This document shows, in pieces, positions 20,907 to 31,010 of a DNA stretch of 64,000 bases. Numbering within the stretch: the first letter of the stretch is position 1; every line of letters starts with the position of its first letter. The DNA comes from Escherichia coli (GTDB lineage Bacteria > Pseudomonadota > Gammaproteobacteria > Enterobacterales > Enterobacteriaceae): assembly GCF_016903815.1 (NCBI RefSeq), contig NZ_CP069973.1; one strand, given 5' to 3'. Under the pieces are notes generated by a model, which saw nothing but the letters and a program-made list of their open reading frames with translations, did no database searches and had not been told where the DNA came from. A program made the translations under genes and the position numbers.

Positions 20907-21404
20907 TTAAGCCGGTACGCCGCCAGCGGTACGCCAGACGGTGACCAGTTTTTCCAGTGAATGCTCACGCTGACCGTAACCGGCACCCGGCAGGGACGCC
21001 CAGATATTGCGACAGCGTAAAATGGCGCGCTCAATGCGTCCCGCCCGGATGTCATCCAGTGCACCGCGTTCGCGGATCAACTGAATGGCGAGCCTGTCCT
21101 GTGACAACGGACTGAAATCCGGCAGGGCAAGCTGTTTGCGGTAGTGCGGCCAGAACAGGTAAAGCTGCTGATAGCGACCGGAGGCCGTGGATTTTTCACC
21201 GCGACGGTTAAACACCTTCGCCGGTCGGCCATGCGCGAACGGGTGGTCACTGTAGTCGGTGAAAATTTCCGGCTTCCCGTCCAGTCCGGTGACTATCACG
21301 TCATAGCCCCGGTTTTTCGTCAGCGGATGATTCGCCGTCCCTTCGGACACCGCCAGCATGTCGAGAAAGGCAGCGATATTCTGATGCGTGTTAATTACCG
21401 GCAT
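20907..21404 (-). CDS. K: Endolysin gpK (lysozyme family)
   Basis: 165 aa; position after holin. Confidence 0.85.
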   Translation of the reverse strand: MPVINTHQNIAAFLDMLAVSEGTANHPLTKNRGYDVIVTGLDGKPEIFTDYSDHPFAHGRPAKVFNRRGEKSTASGRYQQLYLFWPHYRKQLALPDFSPLSQDRLAIQLIRERGALDDIRAGRIERAILRCRNIWASLPGAGYGQREHSLEKLVTVWRTAGGVPA

Positions 21405-21685
21405 TACGGTTTCCCCCTGCCCTTAAAGCGGCGCTGAATGGCAATCTCAATCACCTGATAACCGGCGATACCCAGCATGGAGCCGATGCCGCACACCGCA
21501 GGCAGTGACAGGTCAGGAAACTGCACCAGAACAACACCGGCAACCATCGAGACAAAACCACCGAGCAACATGCGCCCGATAAACAGACGCGGGGTGATGG
21601 GTTCACCACCGGCAAGCACCTTGCCGACAACAATCAGCACCCCAATCATGAAAAGCGACAGGACGCTTTTTTCTTCTGCTGTCAT
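21404..21685 (-). CDS. Y: Holin gpY
   Basis: 93 aa; TM helices, charged C-terminus. Confidence 0.85.
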   Translation of the reverse strand: MTAEEKSVLSLFMIGVLIVVGKVLAGGEPITPRLFIGRMLLGGFVSMVAGVVLVQFPDLSLPAVCGIGSMLGIAGYQVIEIAIQRRFKGRGKP

Positions 21686-21688
21686 GCG

Positions 21689-21889
21689 TTACTCCCACAG
21701 ATTGACAGTTTCAGCCACGGGCGCGGTCTGAACGTCGGGCAGTTCGACGGCGGTGCCGTGTGGCAGCACCGCACCCAGTTCAGCCAGTCCCGGATTTGCG
21801 GCGAGCACGGTCTCAACCACGCCCTCAGTGCGCCCGTAATACCGGACACAAATGGCGTCGAGCGTGTCGCCCTGTAGCGCAAAGGTCTT
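21689..21889 (-). CDS. X: Tail protein gpX
   Basis: About 66 aa from MKTFALQGDTLDAICVRYYG; upstream of Y. Confidence 0.8.
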   Translation of the reverse strand, partial: KTFALQGDTLDAICVRYYGRTEGVVETVLAANPGLAELGAVLPHGTAVELPDVQTAPVAETVNLWE

Positions 21890-21891
21890 CA

Positions 21892-22398
21892 TCAGATTTG
21901 ACTCACGATGCAGCGCGGCTTGTCCTGGATGCGCGCCACTGCCCAGCGCATATCCCGCCACAGTTCATCAATGGTGCTGTCAATGCTGTCGGCCTTCTTG
22001 TCGCCTTTCGCACTGGCATCCACGCCGCGATAACGCTCATAAAGCGACGCGGTCGCCATCGCACACACGGCGCGCTCGTAGTAAAAAACTTTGATGCTTT
22101 CACCGTCGATGTCGTCCGCCGGGACGTCAGCCAGACGCGAAAAACCGGCAGCAATTTTCTGTTCGCGGTACTCGTACAGCTCCGCATTCGTCTCCGCCAT
22201 GCCTGACTTGACGGCCTCACGCAGACGGGCGGGGGCGACAGTCTGCTCAAGGCGCATACGTTCCCGGACGCGCTTCGGGTCGATATCGGGAAAAAAGAAC
22301 GTGTTTTTAATCACCGGCTCGTCGCCTGCCGGTTGCGGGATGACCACCGTACCCTCACCGGACACGGGAGCCTCCTTTCGCGGAATAATCAGCGTCAT
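21892..22398 (-). CDS. L: Head completion protein gpL
   Basis: Start chosen at MTLIIPRKEA for a P2 L-like length; position. Confidence 0.8.
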   Translation of the reverse strand: MTLIIPRKEAPVSGEGTVVIPQPAGDEPVIKNTFFFPDIDPKRVRERMRLEQTVAPARLREAVKSGMAETNAELYEYREQKIAAGFSRLADVPADDIDGESIKVFYYERAVCAMATASLYERYRGVDASAKGDKKADSIDSTIDELWRDMRWAVARIQDKPRCIVSQI

Positions 22399-22500
22399 CA
22401 TGACTACCTCTGAAAAGTCGGGCGGTGGACGCCGGTGCAGTGTCAGGTGATTCACCCTCACTGACCGGCGTGCCGCCCTGGCGCGGGGCGCATTCGGTTG

Positions 22501-23244
22501 TTAACTGGCTTTCTTTTTCGGGCGTCCACGTTTTGCCGGTGTCGCACTCCGGGTCTTACGCGGGGCGCGGGTGGCCGCTTTTGGCTGTGGCTCCGGCTTC
22601 GGTTTCAGCTCCCGCTCCAGTCGTTCAATCTCTTTTTTGACGCCTGCCTGACAGTCGAGCTGTGTCGCACGTTGCAGGTGCGCCAGCGCACCGGCGGCAT
22701 CACCAGCGTCACGCAGAAACAGACCGGTGATTTTGTGCAGCTTTGCGCGCACTTCATCAGGCATGTCTGCCGTGGCGGTCAGTTCAAGGGTGTCCGTCAG
22801 CAGGCGGGTATCCACAGACTCACCGGCAGCGTGAGCGCGCATGGCCGCGAGCGCCACCTCCTCGGTGAACATGTACGGCGGGGTGCGGCGGTGTTTACCC
22901 GGCATGGTCAGACCGTACTTCAGGGCATAACGGGCAATCTCCAGCGCACCGGCAATATCGCCGGTATCCAGACGCCACAGCATGACCGTCATCAGAATGT
23001 CATCCTGTGCACCTTTGCCCTGCTCCAGCACGCCGTTCACCCACGGCAACCAGAACGGCAGCAGTTCGCGCTTTTTCGCGGCCTTAAGCTCTTTTGAATA
23101 AATCGCTTTCAGTGTGCGCTGGTCTGCGGCCAGCTTGACCAGCATCTGCTCATAGACAGTTGCATGTCGCAGCGGGGCGGCTTCCCGCTGCGCGGTCATC
23201 GCTGCCGAGACCCGCATCATGTGGCGCTGTGCGGGACTCGTCAT
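22501..23244 (-). CDS. M: Terminase small/endonuclease subunit gpM
   Basis: 247 aa; basic C-terminal tail; position after N. Confidence 0.85.
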   Translation of the reverse strand: MTSPAQRHMMRVSAAMTAQREAAPLRHATVYEQMLVKLAADQRTLKAIYSKELKAAKKRELLPFWLPWVNGVLEQGKGAQDDILMTVMLWRLDTGDIAGALEIARYALKYGLTMPGKHRRTPPYMFTEEVALAAMRAHAAGESVDTRLLTDTLELTATADMPDEVRAKLHKITGLFLRDAGDAAGALAHLQRATQLDCQAGVKKEIERLERELKPKPEPQPKAATRAPRKTRSATPAKRGRPKKKAS

Positions 23245-23247
23245 CGG

Positions 23248-24321
23248 TTACGCTCCCGGCTCTGCGGTCGCCTTAGCCGGTGTGGAGAAATCACCGACCT
23301 TAATTTTTTCCACCAGACAACCGGCGGCGTAGTCCTCCACCACGTAATCAATGTTCATTGACTCGTAGTTCTCCACGCGGTCGAGTTTCGGGTTTTCCTC
23401 AATCACGCGGCGATGGCTGTCATCCATGTAGTAGATGGACAGGTTTTCCAGCTTCGTGATGAGCATTGCATCCGCCGGGAAGTACGGGACGCGTACCGCT
23501 GGCAGGTTGCCGATGCGTTTCTGGCTGATGATGACGTCAGCGGCCAGCGTTTCGCTGTTGTCCTGCTCCTTGTTGACGATGGGAAAATACTTGTCCGCCA
23601 GTAGCTGACGTCCCACAATCACCACAAGGTCAGGGTCTTCCTGATACCACGGCTCAATCAGGTTGTTGGTCGCATCCATCACCAGTGCATCAAGGCTGGC
23701 ATAATCACCGCCCTTACCCACGCGGATAACCTCAGAGGTGGTGCGGCCTTCCTCGTCAGTGACCTTGCTCATCACGCGCGCCGGGGCTTCATTGCGGTAT
23801 TTCTGCAGCCAGCCGACCGCCACATCCTGCAGCATCGGATTACTGTTGCGGTCAGAGGTTTCGGCACGCTTCACGCCGTTAAAACCGGCCATGATGAAAT
23901 CAAGGGACTGGCGTTTGATAATGGCGTTACGGACACGGAGCTGGAAATCCTGATAACGCGCCCACAGGTCCAGCGTTTTGTAGCGGATATAAAAATCGAA
24001 GTTAATCTGGTCGCATTCGTACTTGTTTGACGCCAGCTTCGAGAAGTCCTTCGGCTGACGCTCGGTGCCACCGGCGGTATCGGTGGTGCTGGCGATGGAG
24101 CCGGTGACACCGATGCCAATTTTTTCCCCTTTCATTTCGCTGACCGGCACAATGTTGATGCGGGTCAGGAAATCAGAGGACTCCTGCATGGTGTTCATCA
24201 GGGTCTGGGTGACCGAAGGTTCAACGGTGAATTTTTTCGACACATCACCGGCGTCGATGCCGTTCAGTTCGGCAACACGGGACAGGTAGGCATTAAATTT
24301 AAAGCGGGTTTCCTGGCGCAT
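23248..24321 (-). CDS. N: Major capsid protein gpN
   Basis: 357 aa; size and position. Confidence 0.9.
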   Translation of the reverse strand: MRQETRFKFNAYLSRVAELNGIDAGDVSKKFTVEPSVTQTLMNTMQESSDFLTRINIVPVSEMKGEKIGIGVTGSIASTTDTAGGTERQPKDFSKLASNKYECDQINFDFYIRYKTLDLWARYQDFQLRVRNAIIKRQSLDFIMAGFNGVKRAETSDRNSNPMLQDVAVGWLQKYRNEAPARVMSKVTDEEGRTTSEVIRVGKGGDYASLDALVMDATNNLIEPWYQEDPDLVVIVGRQLLADKYFPIVNKEQDNSETLAADVIISQKRIGNLPAVRVPYFPADAMLITKLENLSIYYMDDSHRRVIEENPKLDRVENYESMNIDYVVEDYAAGCLVEKIKVGDFSTPAKATAEPGA

Positions 24322-24375
24322 AGTTATTCCTGAAATTAAGGGTTAATCGTGAAGGTTTTCCCGGACTGCCCCCGG

Positions 24376-25230
24376 TCAGCAGTTCGTCATCAGGGCGTCA
24401 CCGCCACCGCCGGTGGCCTTGCTGCGGCGCTGCTGGGTCAGACTTTCGGTGTGGTCGAGACTGTTTTTCAGGCGGCTGAATGCCTGACTGGTTTCATCCG
24501 CCCTGTCAGTCACCTCCTGCTTAAGAGCGGAAAAGGCAGTTTCCATCTCAGCGAGGCGCTGCTCAGTGGCGCTCAGTTTTTCCTGCACATGTTCAGCAAC
24601 AGCGGTCACCGCTTCATGCACGTCATTCAGACGGGCGTCATCGCTGGCCTGTTTGCGGCCAAAAATGGATTTCACCTTTTCGGTCAGGGCGGTAAACACG
24701 GTTTCAGGCAGGTCTTCAAATTCCAGCTCAACAGGCGTTGCCACTGAAATCAGGTTTTCAGGGCTTAATTTGAAGCGGTTCAGGGGGTTGTGTTTTGCCG
24801 TGCGGCAGAATTCCAGGTATTCCGTGCCGAGGCTTGCCGGGTCATCGGTGACGGCCAGACCCACCAGATAACATTTGCCGGTGTTGGCAAAGTTCGGCTG
24901 AATTTCCATTGAGGTATAGACCTTCTGCGCGGCCTTGTTCATCGCGATAAGGTCATCGGTCGGGGTGATTTTCGCAAACAGCGCCCATTTGCCTTTCAGC
25001 GCCGAATCATCGTCAATCTTTTCGGCCTTCAGTTCGGCCACATCGCCATAACGTTTAAAAATACCGTCAGGCAGGATGCCGCGCAGATGTTCCAGGTTAA
25101 TGCGGCAACCATAGACACGCGGGTCAAAGGTTTCGGCCATTTCCTGAATATCCTGCGCACTGATGACACGCCCGTCACAGGTGTCACCCTCAACGCCGAT
25201 ACGAAAGAATTTTGAGACTTTTTTTGCCAT
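24376..25230 (-). CDS. O: Capsid scaffolding protein gpO
   Basis: Start chosen at MAKKVSKFF; divergent from P. Confidence 0.85.
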   Translation of the reverse strand: MAKKVSKFFRIGVEGDTCDGRVISAQDIQEMAETFDPRVYGCRINLEHLRGILPDGIFKRYGDVAELKAEKIDDDSALKGKWALFAKITPTDDLIAMNKAAQKVYTSMEIQPNFANTGKCYLVGLAVTDDPASLGTEYLEFCRTAKHNPLNRFKLSPENLISVATPVELEFEDLPETVFTALTEKVKSIFGRKQASDDARLNDVHEAVTAVAEHVQEKLSATEQRLAEMETAFSALKQEVTDRADETSQAFSRLKNSLDHTESLTQQRRSKATGGGGDALMTNC

Positions 25231-25403
25231 TGTCAGGAGTCCTGAATAGTGATTAGAGGAGTCACATGTCGGCATCAGTTTCCCGACGATGCGCATCCTC
25301 CGCCATCAGTCCCGGATGGCTTATCACTGACACAACAGCACCTTAGCGAATCGCGGGGCGCGACTCAGTAGCCTTGCCGTGTATTCATCACGGCGAGGTA
25401 TTC

Positions 25404-27176
25404 ATGACCATCACCACAGACACCACTCTTTTACACGACCCGCGTCGTCAGGCGGCGCTGCTGTACTGGCAGGGGTTTTCCGTGCCGCAGATTGCCGCCA
25501 TGTTGCAGATGAAACGCCCGACGGTGCAGAGCTGGAAACAGCGCGACGGCTGGGACAGCGTTGCCCCCATCAGCCGTGTCGAAATGAGTCTGGAAGCGCG
25601 GCTGACCCAGCTCATCATCAAACCGCAGAAAACCGGCGGTGACTTCAAGGAAATTGACCTGCTGGGACGCCAGATTGAACGACTGGCACGGGTCAACCGT
25701 TACAGCCAGACCGGCAACGAGGCAGACCTTAATCCGAACGTCGCTAACCGCAACAAAGGCGGGCGGCGCAAACCGAAAAAGAATTTTTTCAGTGACGAGG
25801 CCATCGAAAAGCTGGAGCAGATTTTCTTTGAGCAGTCTTTCGACTATCAGTTGCACTGGTATCGCGCCGGGCTTGAGCACCGCATCCGCGATATCCTGAA
25901 ATCCCGCCAGATTGGCGCAACGTTTTATTTTTCCCGCGAGGCGCTGCTGCGCGCCCTGAAAACCGGTCATAACCAGATTTTTCTGTCGGCCAGTAAAACG
26001 CAGGCGTATGTGTTCCGCGAATACATCATCGCCTTTGCCCGGCTGGTTGACGTTGACCTGACCGGTGACCCGATTGTCCTGGGCAATAACGGCGCAAAAC
26101 TGATTTTTCTCGGCACCAACTCCAACACCGCACAGAGCCATAACGGCGACCTGTACGTCGACGAGATTTTCTGGATCCCGAATTTTCAGGTACTGCGTAA
26201 GGTGGCATCAGGTATGGCCTCACAGAGTCACCTGCGCTCGACCTATTTCTCCACCCCGTCCACGCTGGCGCACGACGCCTACCCGTTCTGGTCGGGTGAA
26301 CTGTTCAACCGGGGACGCGCCAGCGCCGCCGAACGCGTGGAAATCGACGTCAGTCATAACGCCCTTGCCGGTGGGCTTCTCTGTGCGGACGGCCAGTGGC
26401 GACAGATTGTCACCATTGAGGACGCCCTGAAAGGCGGCTGCACGCTGTTCGACATTGAGCAGCTCAAACGCGAAAACAGCGCCGACGATTTTAAAAACCT
26501 GTTCATGTGTGAATTTGTTGACGACAAGGCATCGGTGTTCCCGTTCGAGGAGCTGCAACGCTGCATGGTCGACACGCTGGAAGAATGGGAAGACTATGCA
26601 CCGTTTGCCGCCAATCCGTTCGGCTCCCGCCCGGTATGGATTGGTTACGACCCGTCACACCGTGGCGACAGCGCCGGATGCGTGGTGCTGGCACCGCCGG
26701 TGGTGGCCGGTGGCAAATTCAGAATACTTGAGCGTCACCAGTGGAAAGGCATGGACTTTGCCACCCAGGCTGAATCCATCCGCAAACTCACCGAAAAATA
26801 CAACGTCGAATACATCGGAATTGATGCCACCGGCCTCGGTGTCGGCGTGTTCCAGCTCGTGCGCTCGTTCTATCCCGCCGCGCGCGACATCCGCTACACG
26901 CCGGAAATGAAAACCGCAATGGTGCTCAAGGCCAAAGACGTTATCCGCCGTGGCTGTCTGGAATATGACGTCAGCGCCACCGACATCACCAGCTCGTTTA
27001 TGGCTATCCGCAAGACCATGACCAGCAGCGGACGCAGTGCCACCTATGAAGCCAGCCGCAGCGAGGAAGCCAGCCACGCCGACCTCGCCTGGGCGACCAT
27101 GCACGCCCTGTTAAATGAGCCACTCACCGCCGGTATCAGCACCCCGCTGACATCCACCATTCTGGAGTTTTACTGA
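25404..27176 (+). CDS. P: Terminase large (ATPase) subunit gpP
   Basis: Start at MTITTDTTLL; about 590 aa; position. Confidence 0.9.
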   Translation: MTITTDTTLLHDPRRQAALLYWQGFSVPQIAAMLQMKRPTVQSWKQRDGWDSVAPISRVEMSLEARLTQLIIKPQKTGGDFKEIDLLGRQIERLARVNRYSQTGNEADLNPNVANRNKGGRRKPKKNFFSDEAIEKLEQIFFEQSFDYQLHWYRAGLEHRIRDILKSRQIGATFYFSREALLRALKTGHNQIFLSASKTQAYVFREYIIAFARLVDVDLTGDPIVLGNNGAKLIFLGTNSNTAQSHNGDLYVDEIFWIPNFQVLRKVASGMASQSHLRSTYFSTPSTLAHDAYPFWSGELFNRGRASAAERVEIDVSHNALAGGLLCADGQWRQIVTIEDALKGGCTLFDIEQLKRENSADDFKNLFMCEFVDDKASVFPFEELQRCMVDTLEEWEDYAPFAANPFGSRPVWIGYDPSHRGDSAGCVVLAPPVVAGGKFRILERHQWKGMDFATQAESIRKLTEKYNVEYIGIDATGLGVGVFQLVRSFYPAARDIRYTPEMKTAMVLKAKDVIRRGCLEYDVSATDITSSFMAIRKTMTSSGRSATYEASRSEEASHADLAWATMHALLNEPLTAGISTPLTSTILEFY

Positions 27177-28210
27177 TGAGCAAGAAAAAAGGGAAAACAC
27201 CGCAACCTGCGGCAAAAACAATGACCGCCAGCGCCCCGAAAATGGAGGCATTCACCTTTGGTGAGCCGGTGCCGGTACTCGACCGCCGTGACATTCTGGA
27301 TTACGTTGAGTGCATCAGTAACGGCAGATGGTATGAGCCACCGGTCAGCTTTACCGGTCTGGCAAAAAGCCTGCGTGCTGCCGTGCATCACAGCTCACCG
27401 ATTTACGTCAAACGTAATATTCTGGCCTCGACATTTATCCCGCATCCGTGGCTTTCCCAGCAGGATTTCAGCCGCTTTGTGCTGGATTTTCTGGTGTTCG
27501 GTAATGCATTTCTGGAAAAGCGTTACAGCACCACCGGTAAGGTCATCAGACTGGAAATCTCACCGGCAAAATATACCCGCCGTGGCGTGGAGGAGGATGT
27601 TTACTGGTGGGTGCCGTCCTTCAACGAGCCGACAGCCTTCGCGCCCGGTTCCGTGTTTCACCTGCTGGAGCCGGATATTAATCAGGAGCTGTACGGCCTG
27701 CCGGAATATCTCAGCGCCCTTAACTCTGCCTGGCTGAATGAGTCGGCCACGCTGTTCCGCCGCAAGTATTACGAAAACGGCGCTCATGCCGGATACATCA
27801 TGTACGTCACTGATGCCGTGCAGGATCGCAACGATATCGAAATGCTTCGCGAAAACATGGTTAAGTCGAAAGGCCGCAATAACTTTAAAAATCTGTTTCT
27901 CTATGCCCCGCAGGGGAAAGCCGACGGCATTAAAATTATCCCGCTCAGTGAAGTGGCGACGAAGGACGATTTTTTTAATATCAAAAAAGCCAGCGCCGCA
28001 GACCTGCTGGACGCGCACCGCATCCCCTTTCAGTTGATGGGCGGCAAGCCGGAGAACGTCGGGTCGCTGGGTGATATTGAGAAAGTGGCAAAGGTCTTTG
28101 TCCGCAATGAGCTTATCCCGCTACAGGACAGGATCCGCGAGATAAACGGCTGGCTCGGTCAGGAGGTCATCCGCTTTAAAAACTACTCACTGGACACTGA
28201 CAACGACTGA
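27176..28210 (+). CDS. Q: Portal protein gpQ
   Basis: 344 aa; coupled to P. Confidence 0.9.
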   Translation: MSKKKGKTPQPAAKTMTASAPKMEAFTFGEPVPVLDRRDILDYVECISNGRWYEPPVSFTGLAKSLRAAVHHSSPIYVKRNILASTFIPHPWLSQQDFSRFVLDFLVFGNAFLEKRYSTTGKVIRLEISPAKYTRRGVEEDVYWWVPSFNEPTAFAPGSVFHLLEPDINQELYGLPEYLSALNSAWLNESATLFRRKYYENGAHAGYIMYVTDAVQDRNDIEMLRENMVKSKGRNNFKNLFLYAPQGKADGIKIIPLSEVATKDDFFNIKKASAADLLDAHRIPFQLMGGKPENVGSLGDIEKVAKVFVRNELIPLQDRIREINGWLGQEVIRFKNYSLDTDND

Positions 28211-28596
28211 ACATCGCCGCCTGCGGGCGGCTTTTTTACATCCCGTCATCACGCCCTCACACGCTCACCACCGCACAAAACACCCCTTAGACACACCAAC
28301 GCCCCGACGCACAATCTAAACGCCATCACGACGCGCTCAGACGCTGAAAAAATAAAATCAGCACCACCGCCAGCGCGCAGTGCTTTCCCCGCCTCGCCCG
28401 CCCGCTTCATGAGACGGTTTTGATGCAGTCGCATTTGTCTTGAAAACCAAGTAACTAGACGGCTATCAGTCATAGACAGGCAGCTTTTTTTTTCATACAT
28501 TTTGTATGCAAAATCATGCACGCCTAATCAAGACGAATCTTCGTTCACAGCCATTATGCATGAATGCGAAAATTACTGTTCGAAAAAGGATAATTT
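28211..28596. other. cos / packaging region (by position after Q); also holds the promoter and RBS of the GHKL gene
   Basis: Non-coding stretch after the portal gene where P2 carries cos; exact cos ends not identified. Confidence 0.35.
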
Positions 28597-30021
28597 ATGG
28601 TTTCGTCAAACGTCAAAATAGCAGCATTTCCAGCAAAAAGATTCTTTGTTGAGATGCTCACCCGAGATATTGAGTTGTCTGACTCAATTCTAGATTTACT
28701 AGATAACTGCCTAGATGGTGTATTAAGAAAAAACAATTTCACTCCAGAGCAAACCTTCGGTAAATCAGACGTTTACAAGGGTTACTATGCTCATATTGAA
28801 TTTGATGAGAATAGTTTCAGAATAACTGATAATTGCGGAGGTATTCCAGCAAAACTTGCGGAAAGCTATGCGTTTAGGTTGGGTAGACCTGCAGAACGTG
28901 AGGCGGATGATCTCCCGACAATTGGTGTATATGGTATCGGAATGAAACGAGCGATTTTCAAAATGGGGACATCTGCTCAGATTTTAAGCAAAACTGAAAA
29001 CGAACAATTTTCAGTTACCATTTCTCCTGAATGGATGGCTGATGATGAAAACTGGTCTTTGGAGTTAGAGCGAAATAATGTTGACTTAAACGAAACAGGC
29101 GTCAGCATCCAAATTAACAATTTAAGGAAAGATATTAAAGCATCCCTATCAAAGGATCGTGGCTTTGAAGAAGTTTTGATTAATATCATAGCAAATCATT
29201 ATAGTTTAATCATTAAAAAAGGGTTTGAGGTTAAAGTAAATGGATGTATTGTTAAGCCAAATAGCACCAATTTAATATTTGATGAAGAAGCCATTAAAGG
29301 CAATACCGACGGCATTGCTCCTTATGTATATAAAAATAATTCAAATGGAGTTTCAATTAAAGTTGCAGTTGGATTTTATCGTAACTTGCCTAGTGAGGAA
29401 GAAGAAGAGAATTTATTATCAGGCCGTTCCACAACAGAAAAAGCTGGTTGGACAATTATATGCAATGATCGTGTAGTCCTACATGCGGATAAAACCAAGC
29501 TTACAGGTTGGGGAGAAGCTGGAGTTCCACAATATCATACTCAATTCATCGGAATTTCTGGTGTTGTTATTTTCACATCATCAAATGCTGAATTACTACC
29601 TATCACTACAACTAAACGAGGTGTTGATGGTAACTCTGAGCTATATCTTTCTACTAAAGATTTTATGCGCGAGGGTTTAAAATTCTTCACGGACTTTACC
29701 AACAAATGGAAAAGTAACGCAGAGGAAAGAAAGCAAATTATTAATACTGCATCCAATATGGTTTCAACAACTGAGGTCGACTTTACTAAATCAATTCCTA
29801 GAGAAAACTGGTCGAACGTTCGACGTTCAATAGGAGGAGAAGTTTTCAAACCGAAGCTACCAATGCCTCGGGATTCGGATCCATTACGTCAGATAAAATT
29901 TAGCCGTAGACATAGTGAAATAAAACTGGTGTCAGAGTTTCTCTTTGATGATGCAACTCAACCACCAACAGAGGTTGGTCAATATTGTTTTGATGAATTT
30001 CTAAAAAAGGCTAAACAATGA
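28597..30021 (+). CDS. GHKL-superfamily (MORC/MutL/Hsp90-like) ATPase, cargo gene at the tin/old locus
   Basis: 474 aa; Bergerat-fold motifs read directly: N-box DLLDNCLDG, G1 box DNCGGIP, G2 box GVYGIGMK; AAGGA RBS; AT-rich. Confidence 0.75.
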   Translation: MVSSNVKIAAFPAKRFFVEMLTRDIELSDSILDLLDNCLDGVLRKNNFTPEQTFGKSDVYKGYYAHIEFDENSFRITDNCGGIPAKLAESYAFRLGRPAEREADDLPTIGVYGIGMKRAIFKMGTSAQILSKTENEQFSVTISPEWMADDENWSLELERNNVDLNETGVSIQINNLRKDIKASLSKDRGFEEVLINIIANHYSLIIKKGFEVKVNGCIVKPNSTNLIFDEEAIKGNTDGIAPYVYKNNSNGVSIKVAVGFYRNLPSEEEEENLLSGRSTTEKAGWTIICNDRVVLHADKTKLTGWGEAGVPQYHTQFIGISGVVIFTSSNAELLPITTTKRGVDGNSELYLSTKDFMREGLKFFTDFTNKWKSNAEERKQIINTASNMVSTTEVDFTKSIPRENWSNVRRSIGGEVFKPKLPMPRDSDPLRQIKFSRRHSEIKLVSEFLFDDATQPPTEVGQYCFDEFLKKAKQ

Positions 30022-31010
30022 GTACTGGCGGAAGCATCCCATATCATTTGCGGCAAAACAAAGCCATTGAAAGGAATCTATTTATAGAATCCCTAAGAAG
30101 GTTAAACAATTATACAAACATATCCGAATATGTATATATAGGATTCGGGGGGCCTTTCCTCGAAGATTTCAAACAAATTCATAATTTGTTAAAAGTGACT
30201 AAAATGATATCTATCGAAGGAGATAAAAATGTCCATTGCCGACAACAGTTTAACAAACCATTATCTTGCATAAATTTGGGTGATACCCCAGAAATGAGCG
30301 GAGACTTCATCAATCGCTATAACTTTGACGATAAAACGATCATATGGTTAGATTATGCAACGCCTTCAGACTTAAATGCTCAGTTAAATGAAATAGTTAA
30401 TTTGGTTACAAAGCTAAAACCCAAAGACATTTTTAAGATCACTTTAAATGCAAACCCTGAAGCCTTGGGAAAAAACCCGAGCGAACGAGATCCAAGAGCA
30501 TATAGATTTCAAAAGATAAACGATATTTTGACTCAAGATTTTTTACCACCGAATGCAGTAGTCGAAGATGTCGGATTTAAAAAATACCCTATGCTCCTAG
30601 TTAATGCTATGAGACGCGCAATAGGGCATGGATTAAAAGGTCGAAATGACATAAGAATACATCCATTAACTTCTTTCGTTTATAAAGATGGCCAACAGAT
30701 GGTTACTTTAACAGCTATCGTTCTTGAAAACACTGATACAGAAGAAGCTAAATTTATTGATAATTCCAGAATCAAGAATTGGCCATTTTATGATGGGAAG
30801 TGGAGTAATCCTAAAAATATAAACGTCCCTGCTATGTCTTTAAAAGAAAGGATACATATTGAATCTTTATTACCCGAAGCTTCAGTAGAAAACATCCATG
30901 AAACTCTAGGGTTTTACATTGGCTCCACTCCTTCTGGAGCCAACTCCGATCTAAGTAATTTTATCGAATACTACAAGGTCGTTCCATGGTATTCAAAGAT
31001 TCTTTTTTAA
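30018..31010 (+). CDS. Uncharacterised 330-aa protein, translationally coupled to the GHKL ATPase
   Basis: Start overlaps the GHKL stop by 4 nt; no motif recognisable by eye; AT-rich. Confidence 0.65.
   Translation: MSTGGSIPYHLRQNKAIERNLFIESLRRLNNYTNISEYVYIGFGGPFLEDFKQIHNLLKVTKMISIEGDKNVHCRQQFNKPLSCINLGDTPEMSGDFINRYNFDDKTIIWLDYATPSDLNAQLNEIVNLVTKLKPKDIFKITLNANPEALGKNPSERDPRAYRFQKINDILTQDFLPPNAVVEDVGFKKYPMLLVNAMRRAIGHGLKGRNDIRIHPLTSFVYKDGQQMVTLTAIVLENTDTEEAKFIDNSRIKNWPFYDGKWSNPKNINVPAMSLKERIHIESLLPEASVENIHETLGFYIGSTPSGANSDLSNFIEYYKVVPWYSKILF

Noticed and set aside
25431-26141. 236-aa minus-strand ORF inside terminase gene P
   Set aside because: Antisense shadow ORF within a conserved gene.
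28249-28521. 90-aa minus-strand ORF between portal gene Q and the GHKL gene
   Set aside because: Lies in the expected cos/promoter region; Ala/Arg/Gly-rich low-complexity translation and no start context; more likely non-coding.
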